Of a stretch of 62,817 nucleotides of DNA, positions 28,812 through 39,807 are shown in pieces. The stretch's first letter is position 1. Every line of letters starts with the position of its first letter. The notes beneath the pieces were generated by a model. The model saw only the letters and a list, made by a program, of their open reading frames with translations. It was not told the origin of the DNA and made no database searches. The translations under genes and the position numbers were made by a program. Source of the stretch: an uncultured Rhizobiaceae bacterium (lineage in GTDB: Bacteria > Pseudomonadota > Alphaproteobacteria > UBA828); the NCBI GenBank assembly GCA_964413115.1, contig CAYPSQ010000001.1, positions 36,827 through 99,643 of the forward strand. Reading direction: 5' to 3'.

Positions 28812-31800
28812 TTAGGCGCTTTCACGCCACTGTTCGGCCTGTGTCAAATCGACAGAAACAAGCTGCGACACGCCGCGTTCCACCATGGTGACGCCATACA
28901 GGCGGTCTACCCGCGACATAGTCGTTCGGTGGTGTGTTATGACGAGAAAACGGGTACCGCTCTTTTCGGCTAATTCTGACACCAACGAGCAAAATCGATC
29001 GACATTGCTGTCGTCTAGCGGCGCATCGACCTCATCGAGAACGCAAATCGGTGCTGGGTTGGTGAGAAATACTGCGAACAGTAAGGCGAGAGCGGTCAGT
29101 GCCTTTTCGCCGCCTGACAGCAGGCTCAGGGATTGTAGCCGTTTGCCCGGCGGACTGGCCATGATTTCGAGGCCGGCTTCCAGAGGATCGTCAGATTCAA
29201 TCAGTTCGAGATGGGCGTGGCCGCCGCCATAAAGGCGGGCGAAGAGCTCACGAAAATGGTTATCTATGCGCTTGAAGGCCACTGTGATGCGTTGACGGCC
29301 GTCCCGGTTAAGGCTTGAAATACCCTGACGTAGGCGCGCAATGGCGGCTTCCAAATCGGCCCGCTCGTTGATCAAAGTGGAAATCTGCTCGTCCAGTTCT
29401 GTTGCTTCTTCCTCAGCGCGCAGATTTACCGCGCCGATATTTTCACGCTCGCGCGTGAGGCGCTGAATGCGCGCTTCCACCTCATCGGCCTTAGGAAATT
29501 CTGCCTTGTCCTTTATTTGCGCTAGCGCTAGCGCCTCCTCCGGCTGACAAGATAGACGTTCGCGAATTTGTGAAACCACCATATTGAGCGCTTGCTTGGC
29601 TTGTTCCAGCAGACCTTCAATGCGTACACGTTCCTCGCGTGCCGCCGCGAGATTCCGTTCCGCCTCTTTGAGCGCGCCATCGCGCTGCGCCAGTTGCTCC
29701 TCACCATGACCAAGCGCCCCGGCAGCAGCGTTCCGTTCGCCCTCTACGGTGTCTATTTTTGCCAATATGTCAGATCGGCGGCGTGTGATTTCATTGGGTC
29801 GGTCGGCCAGCGCTTCGAGTTGCCGGTTCGCCTCGTCGCGTCGCGCAGCGAGCTCAAAAAGCCTTTGTCGGGCACCTATTACCCGTTCATTCCAGCCTGT
29901 CACTTCGCTTTCTAGTTCTTCCAATCGTTGCACACGCTGATCGGCCTCGCTAGCCAGATGGTGATGCGTGCGGGAGTGTTTCTCGTGAGTTACGCGCAAC
30001 TGCGCCATTTCTTCACGTAAGCGCGTAATTTCTGCTCGCCCGTCCTCGGACGACATGGCGCCGGCGAGGGCTTTTCTGGTCCTCTCGGCCGCGCTTGCTG
30101 TATCAGTCAGTTCATCGCCAAGGCGCTCTGCCACCTCAGCGAGCGCTGTGAGGCGTGAATTCTCCGCCATGGCCTCGCCGACCAACTCAGCCAAACGGTC
30201 GCGCGCCTGATTGAGGGTTTCTTCCGCCCTTTCTGAATTGCTCCGCGCTGACGTTGCCTGTTTTACCGCGCCCTGGAGTAAATCTCGCGCTGCTCGGAAA
30301 TTCTTCTCAGCCTCTTGCTTGATGTGATCCGCTGCAGGCAATTCTCTTTCCAGCTCGATCAAGCGGTTTCGCTGTTTGAGGCGGTTTGCTGCAGAAGTAG
30401 GCGCGCCGGCATTTACAGTGAAGCCGTCCCACCGCCACATCGCACCCTCTTTTGTAACTAACCGCTGGCCCGGCCGGAGCGTATTCTGCATTTCTGCGCC
30501 GCCGCTTTCGACGACACCCACCTGCGCTAAGCGGCGCGCGAGGGTGGCGGGTCCCCGGACAAAATCAGCAAGCGGCTCAACGTTTTTCGGAAGTGATGGA
30601 TTTTCATCGAGCGGCTTTAAGGATGTCCAGTGGATAGCTGCTTCTATGTTTTCTGGCGCCTCCAAATCATCGCCGAGCGCAGCGCCGAGCGCGGCCTCGT
30701 AGCCGGGCTCGACGACAAGCGAATCTACGATACCAGGGCCCTGGCGAGATTGGCCATGGCCAAGCAATTCGGTGAGCGCCGCCGCGTCGGCATGAAGGCG
30801 CGACAGTTTGACATCGTCTGCCTGCAGTGTATCCCGCGATGCCAATTCATCGGCTACTGCTGCTTCGCGGGCGGCTTCAGCAGCGCCAAGCTCTTGGCGC
30901 GCATCAGCTGCGGCCGTGCGCGACTTGGCAACACCGTCTTTAGCTTCGGCGATGGCGTTCTGGTGAGAGCTGCGTTTGCCGAGCTCCGTAAGTTCACGCT
31001 CAACTTCGATTTTTCTTGTCGCGCATGCCTCCTGTCGGGAATCGAGTTCCTCCAAGCGGTGGCGAAGGTTTGCGCGGCGCGCCTCATCAGTGGCGATTTC
31101 TTCTGTGCGCTTCGAGAGGCGTTCTTCGAGTACCGCCACTGCGGCGTTAGACTCGGCGTATGCGGTTTCTGCAATCCGTTCTGCTTCGGCAGATTCGTCA
31201 CTCCCCCGCAGCAGTTCCTCTCGCTGTTCTTCGGCATTGGAGACGGCGTTTTCAGCGTCTTCCGCCAGTGTCCTTTCGCGTGTCAGATCTTGGGCGATTT
31301 GGGTCAATCTGGTTTCGATTTCCTGGCGCTGTTCGCTAACTAGCCGTTCTTCCTCATCTAGACGGTCGCGCGCAACAGCGAGGTGATGGAGGGCGGCGGC
31401 CTGAGCCGCTTCCTGCTGCCGTAATCCTGGAAGCGCTTCCGACGCTTTGTTTTGGGCGTTGGTGGCTCTGGCAACGAGACCGGTCAAATTCGCAACACGC
31501 CCCGTTTCATCTTTTATCTCTGCTGCTCGGGCCTCCAATGCTTCCTGTTCGGCGCTCCAACGAATGTGCAGGAGCAGAGCCTCGGCGCTACGTAGGTTTT
31601 CTGCGATACGGCGATAGCGGTTGGCCTGGCGCGCCTGACGTTTGAGTGCGTGAAGCTGCGAATCAAGGGTGCCGACGACATCCTGGAGACGCTCTAAATT
31701 AGTCTCGGCGGCACGCAGTCGCAATTCGGCCTCGTGGCGCCGTGCGTGTAGGCCGCTGATGCCTGCAGCTTCCTCAAGAATACCGCGCCGTTGCGCTGGC

Positions 31801-32267
31801 TTGGCATTGATTATGTCGCTAATACGCCCCTGACCGACGAGCGCAGACGAGTGTGCGCCGGTGGCGAAATCAGCGAACAGATATTGTACGTCACGAGCGC
31901 GCAGTTCTCTTCCGTTGACGCTATAAGCCGAGCCCATGCCACGTTCGATGCAACGGGTCACCTCGATCTCTTCGTCTTCGTTGAAGGCGGCGGGCGCGGT
32001 GCGGTCAGCATTATCGACCAGTAGCGCGACTTCCGCGACATTGCGCGCGGCGCGGGTGTCCGTGCCGTTGAAGATGACATCTTCCATGGCGCCGCCGCGC
32101 ATTTGACTCGGGGCAGTTTCCCCCATCACCCAACGCAACGCGTCGACTAAGTTCGACTTACCGCAGCCATTCGGTCCAACGATGCCCGTGGTGCCAGGCC
32201 CGATCACCAGTTCACTGGATTCGATAAAGGATTTGAAGCCGACCAGTTTGAGCTTCGTAAAATGCAC
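28812..32267 (-). CDS. smc: chromosome segregation protein SMC
   Basis: 1151 aa with a GTG start (MHFTKLKLVGFKSF...). It has Walker A GPNGCGKSN, long coiled coils with a central hinge, the signature LSGGEKALTALALLFA and Walker B CVLDEVDAPLDD. Confidence 0.96.
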   Translation of the reverse strand: MHFTKLKLVGFKSFIESSELVIGPGTTGIVGPNGCGKSNLVDALRWVMGETAPSQMRGGAMEDVIFNGTDTRAARNVAEVALLVDNADRTAPAAFNEDEEIEVTRCIERGMGSAYSVNGRELRARDVQYLFADFATGAHSSALVGQGRISDIINAKPAQRRGILEEAAGISGLHARRHEAELRLRAAETNLERLQDVVGTLDSQLHALKRQARQANRYRRIAENLRSAEALLLHIRWSAEQEALEARAAEIKDETGRVANLTGLVARATNAQNKASEALPGLRQQEAAQAAALHHLAVARDRLDEEERLVSEQRQEIETRLTQIAQDLTRERTLAEDAENAVSNAEEQREELLRGSDESAEAERIAETAYAESNAAVAVLEERLSKRTEEIATDEARRANLRHRLEELDSRQEACATRKIEVERELTELGKRSSHQNAIAEAKDGVAKSRTAAADARQELGAAEAAREAAVADELASRDTLQADDVKLSRLHADAAALTELLGHGQSRQGPGIVDSLVVEPGYEAALGAALGDDLEAPENIEAAIHWTSLKPLDENPSLPKNVEPLADFVRGPATLARRLAQVGVVESGGAEMQNTLRPGQRLVTKEGAMWRWDGFTVNAGAPTSAANRLKQRNRLIELERELPAADHIKQEAEKNFRAARDLLQGAVKQATSARSNSERAEETLNQARDRLAELVGEAMAENSRLTALAEVAERLGDELTDTASAAERTRKALAGAMSSEDGRAEITRLREEMAQLRVTHEKHSRTHHHLASEADQRVQRLEELESEVTGWNERVIGARQRLFELAARRDEANRQLEALADRPNEITRRRSDILAKIDTVEGERNAAAGALGHGEEQLAQRDGALKEAERNLAAAREERVRIEGLLEQAKQALNMVVSQIRERLSCQPEEALALAQIKDKAEFPKADEVEARIQRLTRERENIGAVNLRAEEEATELDEQISTLINERADLEAAIARLRQGISSLNRDGRQRITVAFKRIDNHFRELFARLYGGGHAHLELIESDDPLEAGLEIMASPPGKRLQSLSLLSGGEKALTALALLFAVFLTNPAPICVLDEVDAPLDDSNVDRFCSLVSELAEKSGTRFLVITHHRTTMSRVDRLYGVTMVERGVSQLVSVDLTQAEQWRESA

Positions 32268-32314
32268 CGGCTAGGCGTTCCGCTCAGTGGAAAAAAATAA
32301 ACATGTGTTGCCCG

Positions 32315-32959
32315 CTAGACTTCGGGCATGAAGCTGTCGAGGGTCTTGGCAAAGGCATCGAAGCGCATGCCACCCTCATACCCTTTGCCATTAATGATAA
32401 AGGATGGCGTTGACTTGATAGCGTAAGTTTCCTGAGCCTCTAGAATGGAACTCAAGATCTTGGTCTCAAGAATCTGGTCGTCGAGGCAGACTTGGAACTG
32501 CGCTTCGCTGATGCCGCCCAATTGGCCGATCTGACCGAGTGCGTTGAGGTAGTTGGCGGCCCGAGTCCAATTATCAAATGTGTTAAACAGCGTTTCGATA
32601 AAGGCGAAATAGCGCTCTGGCCCGGCGCAGTGGGCGAGTATAGCAGCGTCTAAGGCTGGCCGATTGAGTGGAAAATCTCTAGCGATAAACCGCACCTTTC
32701 CGGTGTCGACATATTCCGCTCTCATGCGCGGAAAAGTCTCGGTATGAAAATCGCGACAATGGGAACAAGTAAGTGAGAAATATTCGATGACCGAGATCGG
32801 CGCCCCCGGCGCGCCGATGGCCATGTCGCCGGGTTTCTCCCAATCGCTCGCCGCAGCTGGCAGGGATGCTAATTGCAGCAGACGAGGCGCCGCAGCAGCA
32901 CCGGCAAGTCCGGTCATCCCCGCTATCAAGAACCGTCTGGTGATCATAGCAAACCTCAA
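32315..32959 (-). CDS. DsbA family thiol:disulfide oxidoreductase with twin-arginine-like signal
   Basis: 214 aa with an N-terminal ...ITRRFLIAGMTGLAGAAAAP... and a thioredoxin-fold CxxC in ...YFSLTCSHCRDFH.... Confidence 0.8.
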   Translation of the reverse strand: MRFAMITRRFLIAGMTGLAGAAAAPRLLQLASLPAAASDWEKPGDMAIGAPGAPISVIEYFSLTCSHCRDFHTETFPRMRAEYVDTGKVRFIARDFPLNRPALDAAILAHCAGPERYFAFIETLFNTFDNWTRAANYLNALGQIGQLGGISEAQFQVCLDDQILETKILSSILEAQETYAIKSTPSFIINGKGYEGGMRFDAFAKTLDSFMPEV

Positions 32960-33074
32960 TTGACCCTAACATCCAAGTATAAAGTGGCGCTAACGCTGCC
33001 TCAAGAGCGGAGGTCGTCTGGTGCATCAACCCTTGGATGCATGCCTAGTCTCTGAGCGTTGTGAATTCAAGGAG

Positions 33075-33536
33075 TTAGGGGTCATCCGGCTGACTCAACA
33101 CAGCTTCGCCGAGGCGTGCCAGAGCCTGCTTAACATCTGCGTTCCTGGTTCCACGAATGGTATCGGCGAGTGTTTTCGCCGAATCCGAGTCGAGAGCGCG
33201 CACCGGCCTAGATTTTTCCACTTGGGTTTTTTCGAGCGGCCCCTGGATCAGGCTAAGCCGATTTACTGCGCGGTAGCCGAAATAGCTGGCGATACGCTCT
33301 AGGATCTGAGGCTCCAAATGCTTGATTTCGGTCGCTAGTGGCCCATCAACGCGCAGACGCAGTGTCCCGCTGGCGCCAAGACGCTCGGGCACCGTGTGGC
33401 GTGCCCAGTCTTCGCCAATAATGGCCGGCCAATTGACTAATACGCCCGCGGATGCGAAGCCGCGCTTGCGGTAAATTTTCTCCGTCACCTTGTGCAAGGT
33501 GGAAGCCACGGGACGCGACGAGCGTGTCATCGGCAT
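33075..33536 (-). CDS. DUF721 domain protein (DciA-like)
   Basis: 153 aa with ...VLVNWPAIIGEDWARHTVPERL...GTLRLRVDGPLATEIKHLEPQILERI.... Its position next to mutY is common in alphaproteobacteria. Confidence 0.7.
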   Translation of the reverse strand: MPMTRSSRPVASTLHKVTEKIYRKRGFASAGVLVNWPAIIGEDWARHTVPERLGASGTLRLRVDGPLATEIKHLEPQILERIASYFGYRAVNRLSLIQGPLEKTQVEKSRPVRALDSDSAKTLADTIRGTRNADVKQALARLGEAVLSQPDDP

Positions 33537-33610
33537 ATTATAACCGCCAAGAAGGCTATTTTGGAATCGACAATGAATTTAATTTTGAGCCATCCACTAG
33601 GCGCGGCGCA

Positions 33611-35787
<2,177 letters not shown>

Positions 35788-36411
35788 TCAAGTCTTTGAT
35801 TTGGCAGACTCTTCCAAGAACTTTTGGATAGGTTTAAATGAGCGGCGGTGATGTGGCGTCACGCCGAGCCTTGCCAATCCCTGGCGATGCTGCTCGGTGC
35901 CATAGCCGAAATTTCGCTCCCAATAATATCCCGGGTGGTAGGCGGCTAAATCTGTCATGTATCGGTCTCGTGTCACCTTGGCGATGATAGAGGCTGCGGC
36001 GATGGAATAACTCTTGGTGTCACCCTTCACTACGCACTGGACTGGACAGGGCAGGGTGGGGGCCCGATTACCGTCCACCAGCGCGGCGTCCGGCAGCGGG
36101 GCAAGCGCGTTCACCGCTCGCGCCATAGCAAGATGTGTGGCGACAAGAATATTTAACTCGTCAATTTCCATCACGCTCGCCTGGCCCTGCCCAACCAAAG
36201 CGATTTGCATCAGCTCGGGAAATACGCCTTCCCGTTGGGCCTTGGATAGCTGTTTCGAATCGGTTACCCGTGCGGCCAGAGCCGCGCTAGGGCCGCCAGG
36301 TGGAAATATCACCGCCGCAGCGTGGACGGGGCCAGCCCATGGCCCCCGTCCAGCTTCATCGATTCCGGCGACGCTACCGCCAAACGCGCTCTCGAGAGAA
36401 AAATTAGGCAC
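35788..36411 (-). CDS. rnhB: ribonuclease HII
   Basis: ...VAGIDEAGRGPWAGPV..., ...DSKQLS... and ...GDTKSYSIAAASIIAKV.... I prefer GTG 36411 (M-PNFSLESAFGG..., 8-nt overlap with the upstream antiporter stop) over the track start 36498. Confidence 0.9.
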   Translation of the reverse strand: MPNFSLESAFGGSVAGIDEAGRGPWAGPVHAAAVIFPPGGPSAALAARVTDSKQLSKAQREGVFPELMQIALVGQGQASVMEIDELNILVATHLAMARAVNALAPLPDAALVDGNRAPTLPCPVQCVVKGDTKSYSIAAASIIAKVTRDRYMTDLAAYHPGYYWERNFGYGTEQHRQGLARLGVTPHHRRSFKPIQKFLEESAKSKT

Positions 36412-37867
36412 GGCGTTTGTGGTCTGAGTGCTCGGGCGGCAGCACCTCGCCGCTGAGCGGTTCGGCTTCATCATCGTTAATTGGTGTCGGGCGTGCACGC
36501 CATGTCTGTAAGCGGTTTCTCAGGCGCGTTAGGCGATTAAAAATACCACCTGAGCGCCACGAATCAGCGCGCGTTCGTTTAAGTGCGGATATACTTGCCA
36601 TTGCCGCCAATCTGGAACTGCGGACAACCAAACGTGCTTCTTTTCCATAGATACCGAGCAGCAAATCATCAAGGCGCCAAATTCCGCCTGCCGTGAGACG
36701 CTGCAGGCGCCGTGCTGTCATCAGCCAGATCGGGCTCACCATCAGGCTGAGCGCAATCACCGCAACGATTAAACGGTGCTCTTCAATGCCAACCGCCGCC
36801 ACAGCAACGCCTGCGCCGGCAAGCACGAAGGAAAATTCGCCGACTTGGCTAAGTAAAATACCGGCCAAAAAAGCGCGCGGCCAGGGCTCGCCAAGAATTC
36901 GGAGGATGACCACGTTCACGCCCGATTTTACCAGCAGCACGAAGACTAAAAGGACGAGCACGGTGGCAAAATTATCCCAAATATAAGCTAGATCGATAAG
37001 GAGTCCGATGGACAGGAAAAAGACCATCGCAAGGACGCCCTGAATTGGCTCGGTGGCGCGGATCATCTCTCGGCGCTCGTGGGTCGAGCCAATCGCAAGG
37101 CCGGCGATAAATGCGCCGAAGGCGGCGGTAAGCCCTATGAAATCTGAAATTGCAGCAAGCGCCAGACAGCAGCCGAGCGCCGCAAGGGGTACGATCTCGC
37201 GGTGCCGCTGAGCGAGGGCGCTAAACGGAAGATTTAGTTTTTCGCGCCGGCTGAGATACCAGATTAGTGCTGCAAGCAATCCGATGGCGGCAAGAAATAC
37301 TGGAATGGTACCCCAATCCAGGCCGTCTTCTGCTGCCATGCCATTCAGGAGTAACAGCATCGGTACCACTGCTAGATCCTGGGCAATTAAGACGCCGACC
37401 ACGATGCGGCCAGTTTCACTCCGGAGTTCTCCAATTTCCTCCAGCATTTTTATGGCCACCGCCGTGCTCGATAGGCTGACGACGAAACCGAGCAGCAGGG
37501 CAAGTTCGAGCGGCCAGCCGAAAAGTCGTGAGAGCGCGAGGGTAATCACAGTGGCGATGGCGATTTGCATCGATGCCGCCATTAGGGCGACTTTCCAGAT
37601 CGTGCGAAAGGCGCGCAACGATAGCTTCATGGCGATGACGAACAGCAGTAGCAACACGCCGAGTTCAGCCAGCATCGCTACCCAGTCACGATTTTCCACC
37701 AACCCCAGGGAGCTGGGGCCAAGAATGACGCCAGCCAAGATGTAGCCGACGATGGCGGGTTGCTTGAAGCGGGCGAAACCGAGGCCGCACAACAAGGCTG
37801 CTAAGGCAACGACGGCCAACTGGCCAAGTTCCGAATGGAACACCATATGAGGCAGATCGTGCCACAT
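36404..37867 (-). CDS. cation:proton antiporter (CPA2/Kef-type membrane domain, no recognisable RCK domain)
   Basis: 487 aa with ...FKQPAIVGYILAGVILGPSSLGLV... and about 12 hydrophobic helices. The ~110-aa C-terminal tail is Arg-rich and lacks a GxGxxG Rossmann motif. Confidence 0.8.
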   Translation of the reverse strand: MWHDLPHMVFHSELGQLAVVALAALLCGLGFARFKQPAIVGYILAGVILGPSSLGLVENRDWVAMLAELGVLLLLFVIAMKLSLRAFRTIWKVALMAASMQIAIATVITLALSRLFGWPLELALLLGFVVSLSSTAVAIKMLEEIGELRSETGRIVVGVLIAQDLAVVPMLLLLNGMAAEDGLDWGTIPVFLAAIGLLAALIWYLSRREKLNLPFSALAQRHREIVPLAALGCCLALAAISDFIGLTAAFGAFIAGLAIGSTHERREMIRATEPIQGVLAMVFFLSIGLLIDLAYIWDNFATVLVLLVFVLLVKSGVNVVILRILGEPWPRAFLAGILLSQVGEFSFVLAGAGVAVAAVGIEEHRLIVAVIALSLMVSPIWLMTARRLQRLTAGGIWRLDDLLLGIYGKEARLVVRSSRLAAMASISALKRTRADSWRSGGIFNRLTRLRNRLQTWRARPTPINDDEAEPLSGEVLPPEHSDHKRRA

Positions 37868-37907
37868 ATTTATGTCGACAGTTAGCTGTTATATTTAACT
37901 TATTGAT

Positions 37908-39023
37908 TTACAATAGTATAAGTTGATCTCCTTGTTTTGGCGGCCGGCGAAAACGACTCGAGTCGAGTCGCAAGGTAGAGTTGTTCAGTCCAAACCTTTT
38001 CTTCGCTAGGCGAAAACGCTGGGCGAGCAGTTCGGCGCTCGGACCGGAACCAGTCTGGCGTACTCCAAAGCCGCCGCGGTATAGTTGACCGGCATGCATG
38101 TCGCGAATTCGGTTCATGATGTGGTTGGCGCGCTTCGGCACATTCAGCACCAACCATTCCTCAAACAATTCTTTGGTTTCAAGCGGCAGGCGCAACAGGA
38201 TGTATCCGGCTTCGCGGGCTCCCGCAGCAGCAGCTGCTTCCAGGACGCCCTCCAATTCGCTCTCGTTAAGCGCCGGGATGACAGGGGCAAAATTCACGCC
38301 GGTCGGAATTCCTGCTTTGCTCAAAGCGTCGATCGCGGTAAGGCGTTTCGCCGGGCTGGCGGCGCGCGGCTCCAGACGCCGGGCCAATTCGCTGTCCAAA
38401 GTGGTGAGCGAGAAGACGACCTTGACCAAATTGCGCCGCGCCATCGAATCCAGAATATCTATGTCACGCGTTACTAAGGCGGATTTGGTGACGATCTCGA
38501 CCGGATGTTCATATTGTGAAAGAACCGAAAGGATGTTGCGAGTGATCTCGAGGCGACGTTCGGTTGGTTGATAGGGATCTGTATTGGTGCCAAGAGCAAT
38601 CATACGGCACTGGTATTTCGGATCCGACAATTCTCGCGCCAATAGCGCATGTGCGCCATGTTTAGCGAAGATTCTGCTTTCGAAATCCTGTCCTGACGAG
38701 AGGCCGAGAAAAGCATGCGTGGGTCGGGCGAAGCAATAAGCGCAGCCATGTTCGCACCCGCGATAGGCATTTATCGAACGATCAAATCCAAGGTCTGGTG
38801 AAGTATTTCGAGTTATTACGGTAATGCTGTGATCCGCTTGAACCGTGGTGTGCAGCTTGTTCAGCGGTTCTTCAAGACTACCCCAGCCATCATCGCAAGC
38901 CTCGCTTACATGCCGTTCGTAGCGTCCTGCCCGATTACTCGCAGCACCACGCCCCTTACGCGCCTCGCGTACCACGAGATTGCCTGCCGAATGTTTGTTA
39001 TTTGAATAGTCTAGACTGCCCAT
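37908..39023 (-). CDS. radical SAM protein, PA0069/SplB-like family (COG1533-type)
   Basis: 371 aa with N-terminal ...KGRGAASNRAGRYE... and the radical-SAM cluster motif ...YRGCEHGCAYCFARP.... The function of this family is unknown. Confidence 0.8.
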   Translation of the reverse strand: MGSLDYSNNKHSAGNLVVREARKGRGAASNRAGRYERHVSEACDDGWGSLEEPLNKLHTTVQADHSITVITRNTSPDLGFDRSINAYRGCEHGCAYCFARPTHAFLGLSSGQDFESRIFAKHGAHALLARELSDPKYQCRMIALGTNTDPYQPTERRLEITRNILSVLSQYEHPVEIVTKSALVTRDIDILDSMARRNLVKVVFSLTTLDSELARRLEPRAASPAKRLTAIDALSKAGIPTGVNFAPVIPALNESELEGVLEAAAAAGAREAGYILLRLPLETKELFEEWLVLNVPKRANHIMNRIRDMHAGQLYRGGFGVRQTGSGPSAELLAQRFRLAKKRFGLNNSTLRLDSSRFRRPPKQGDQLILL

Positions 39024-39109
39024 AGGGCATCATAACCGAGATAGAGAACAAAAATAGAACATTTTGACGTAGGCCATGCTTCCAGGCATGGTGCGGGGGA
39101 GATTTGCGA

Positions 39110-39799
39110 ATGGAGAAGACGTTGCTCAGTGTCGTGATTCCCACCCTTAACGCAGCATCAACATTAGCCGTGACATTAGACAGTCTTGAGTCACAGCTCA
39201 TTGGCTTTGACCACGAAGTGATTATTGCTGACGGCACATCCAGCGACGTCAGTCGCGCTATCTCTGAGGCAAAAGGGGCCAGATTAATCTCCGTCGCGCG
39301 TGGCAGAGGGACGCAACTCGCGGCTGGCGGTAATGCGGCGCGTGGGGATTGGCTGCTGTTCCTCCATGCCGATACCGTGCTGGATGAAAGTTGGCGGTTG
39401 GAAGCGGCGGCATTTATGGCCAGCGCGGACAATAACCAGCGGGCTGGCGTGTTTCGCCTCCGTTTCGATGATCACCGGCGAGCCGCGCGGCGTTTGGAGA
39501 CTATAGCTGCTTGGCGGTCACGGATACTGGGCCTGCCGTATGGCGATCAGGGGCTTTTGATCGCGCGTGGCTTTTACCATTCGATCGGTGGTTTCCGTCC
39601 GCTTCCGCTTATGGAAGATGTCGATATCGCGCGCCGAATCGGCCGTCGACGATTTGTCCATTTTGACGCTCTGGCGTTTACATCGGCAGAGCGGTATCGC
39701 CGCTCTGGATATATATGCCGCTCGGCGCGCAATATGACCTGCCTCGCGCTATTCTTCATTGGCGTGAAATCGCGTTTCCTCGTTCGGTTCTACGGGTAA
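39110..39799 (+). CDS. family-2 glycosyltransferase of the rSAM/selenodomain-associated 'transferase 2' type (TIGR04283-like, from memory)
   Basis: MEKTLLSVVIPTLNAASTL..., ...LLFLHADTVLDESW..., ...LGLPYGDQGLLIAR... and ...PLMEDVDIARRI.... ATG 39110 lies 8 nt after GGGGGAG. The track start is TTG 39104. Confidence 0.8.
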   Translation: MEKTLLSVVIPTLNAASTLAVTLDSLESQLIGFDHEVIIADGTSSDVSRAISEAKGARLISVARGRGTQLAAGGNAARGDWLLFLHADTVLDESWRLEAAAFMASADNNQRAGVFRLRFDDHRRAARRLETIAAWRSRILGLPYGDQGLLIARGFYHSIGGFRPLPLMEDVDIARRIGRRRFVHFDALAFTSAERYRRSGYICRSARNMTCLALFFIGVKSRFLVRFYG

Positions 39800-39807
39800 G
39801 CTTTGCG

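Noticed and set aside
28661-28825. N-terminal extensions of track ORFs: atpI 28661-28825, ctaG 9686-9763, M32 12395-12472, CDGSH 20284-20439, mutY 33452-33610, rnhB 36412-36498, DUF2064 39715-39807, ETF-QO 44020-44094, UDG 43995-44168, sugar dehydrogenase 50648-50716
   Set aside because: The extensions overlap neighbouring genes or have non-protein-like composition. Internal starts reproduce family-typical N-termini, often with an RBS or a stop/start overlap.
30630-31343. 237-aa and other long ORFs antisense to smc (also 28885..29232, 30376..30702, 30976..31386)
   Set aside because: They are antisense frames of a GC-rich coiled-coil gene. The products are Ala/Arg/Ser/Phe-rich with no motifs, whereas the smc frame carries all SMC signatures.
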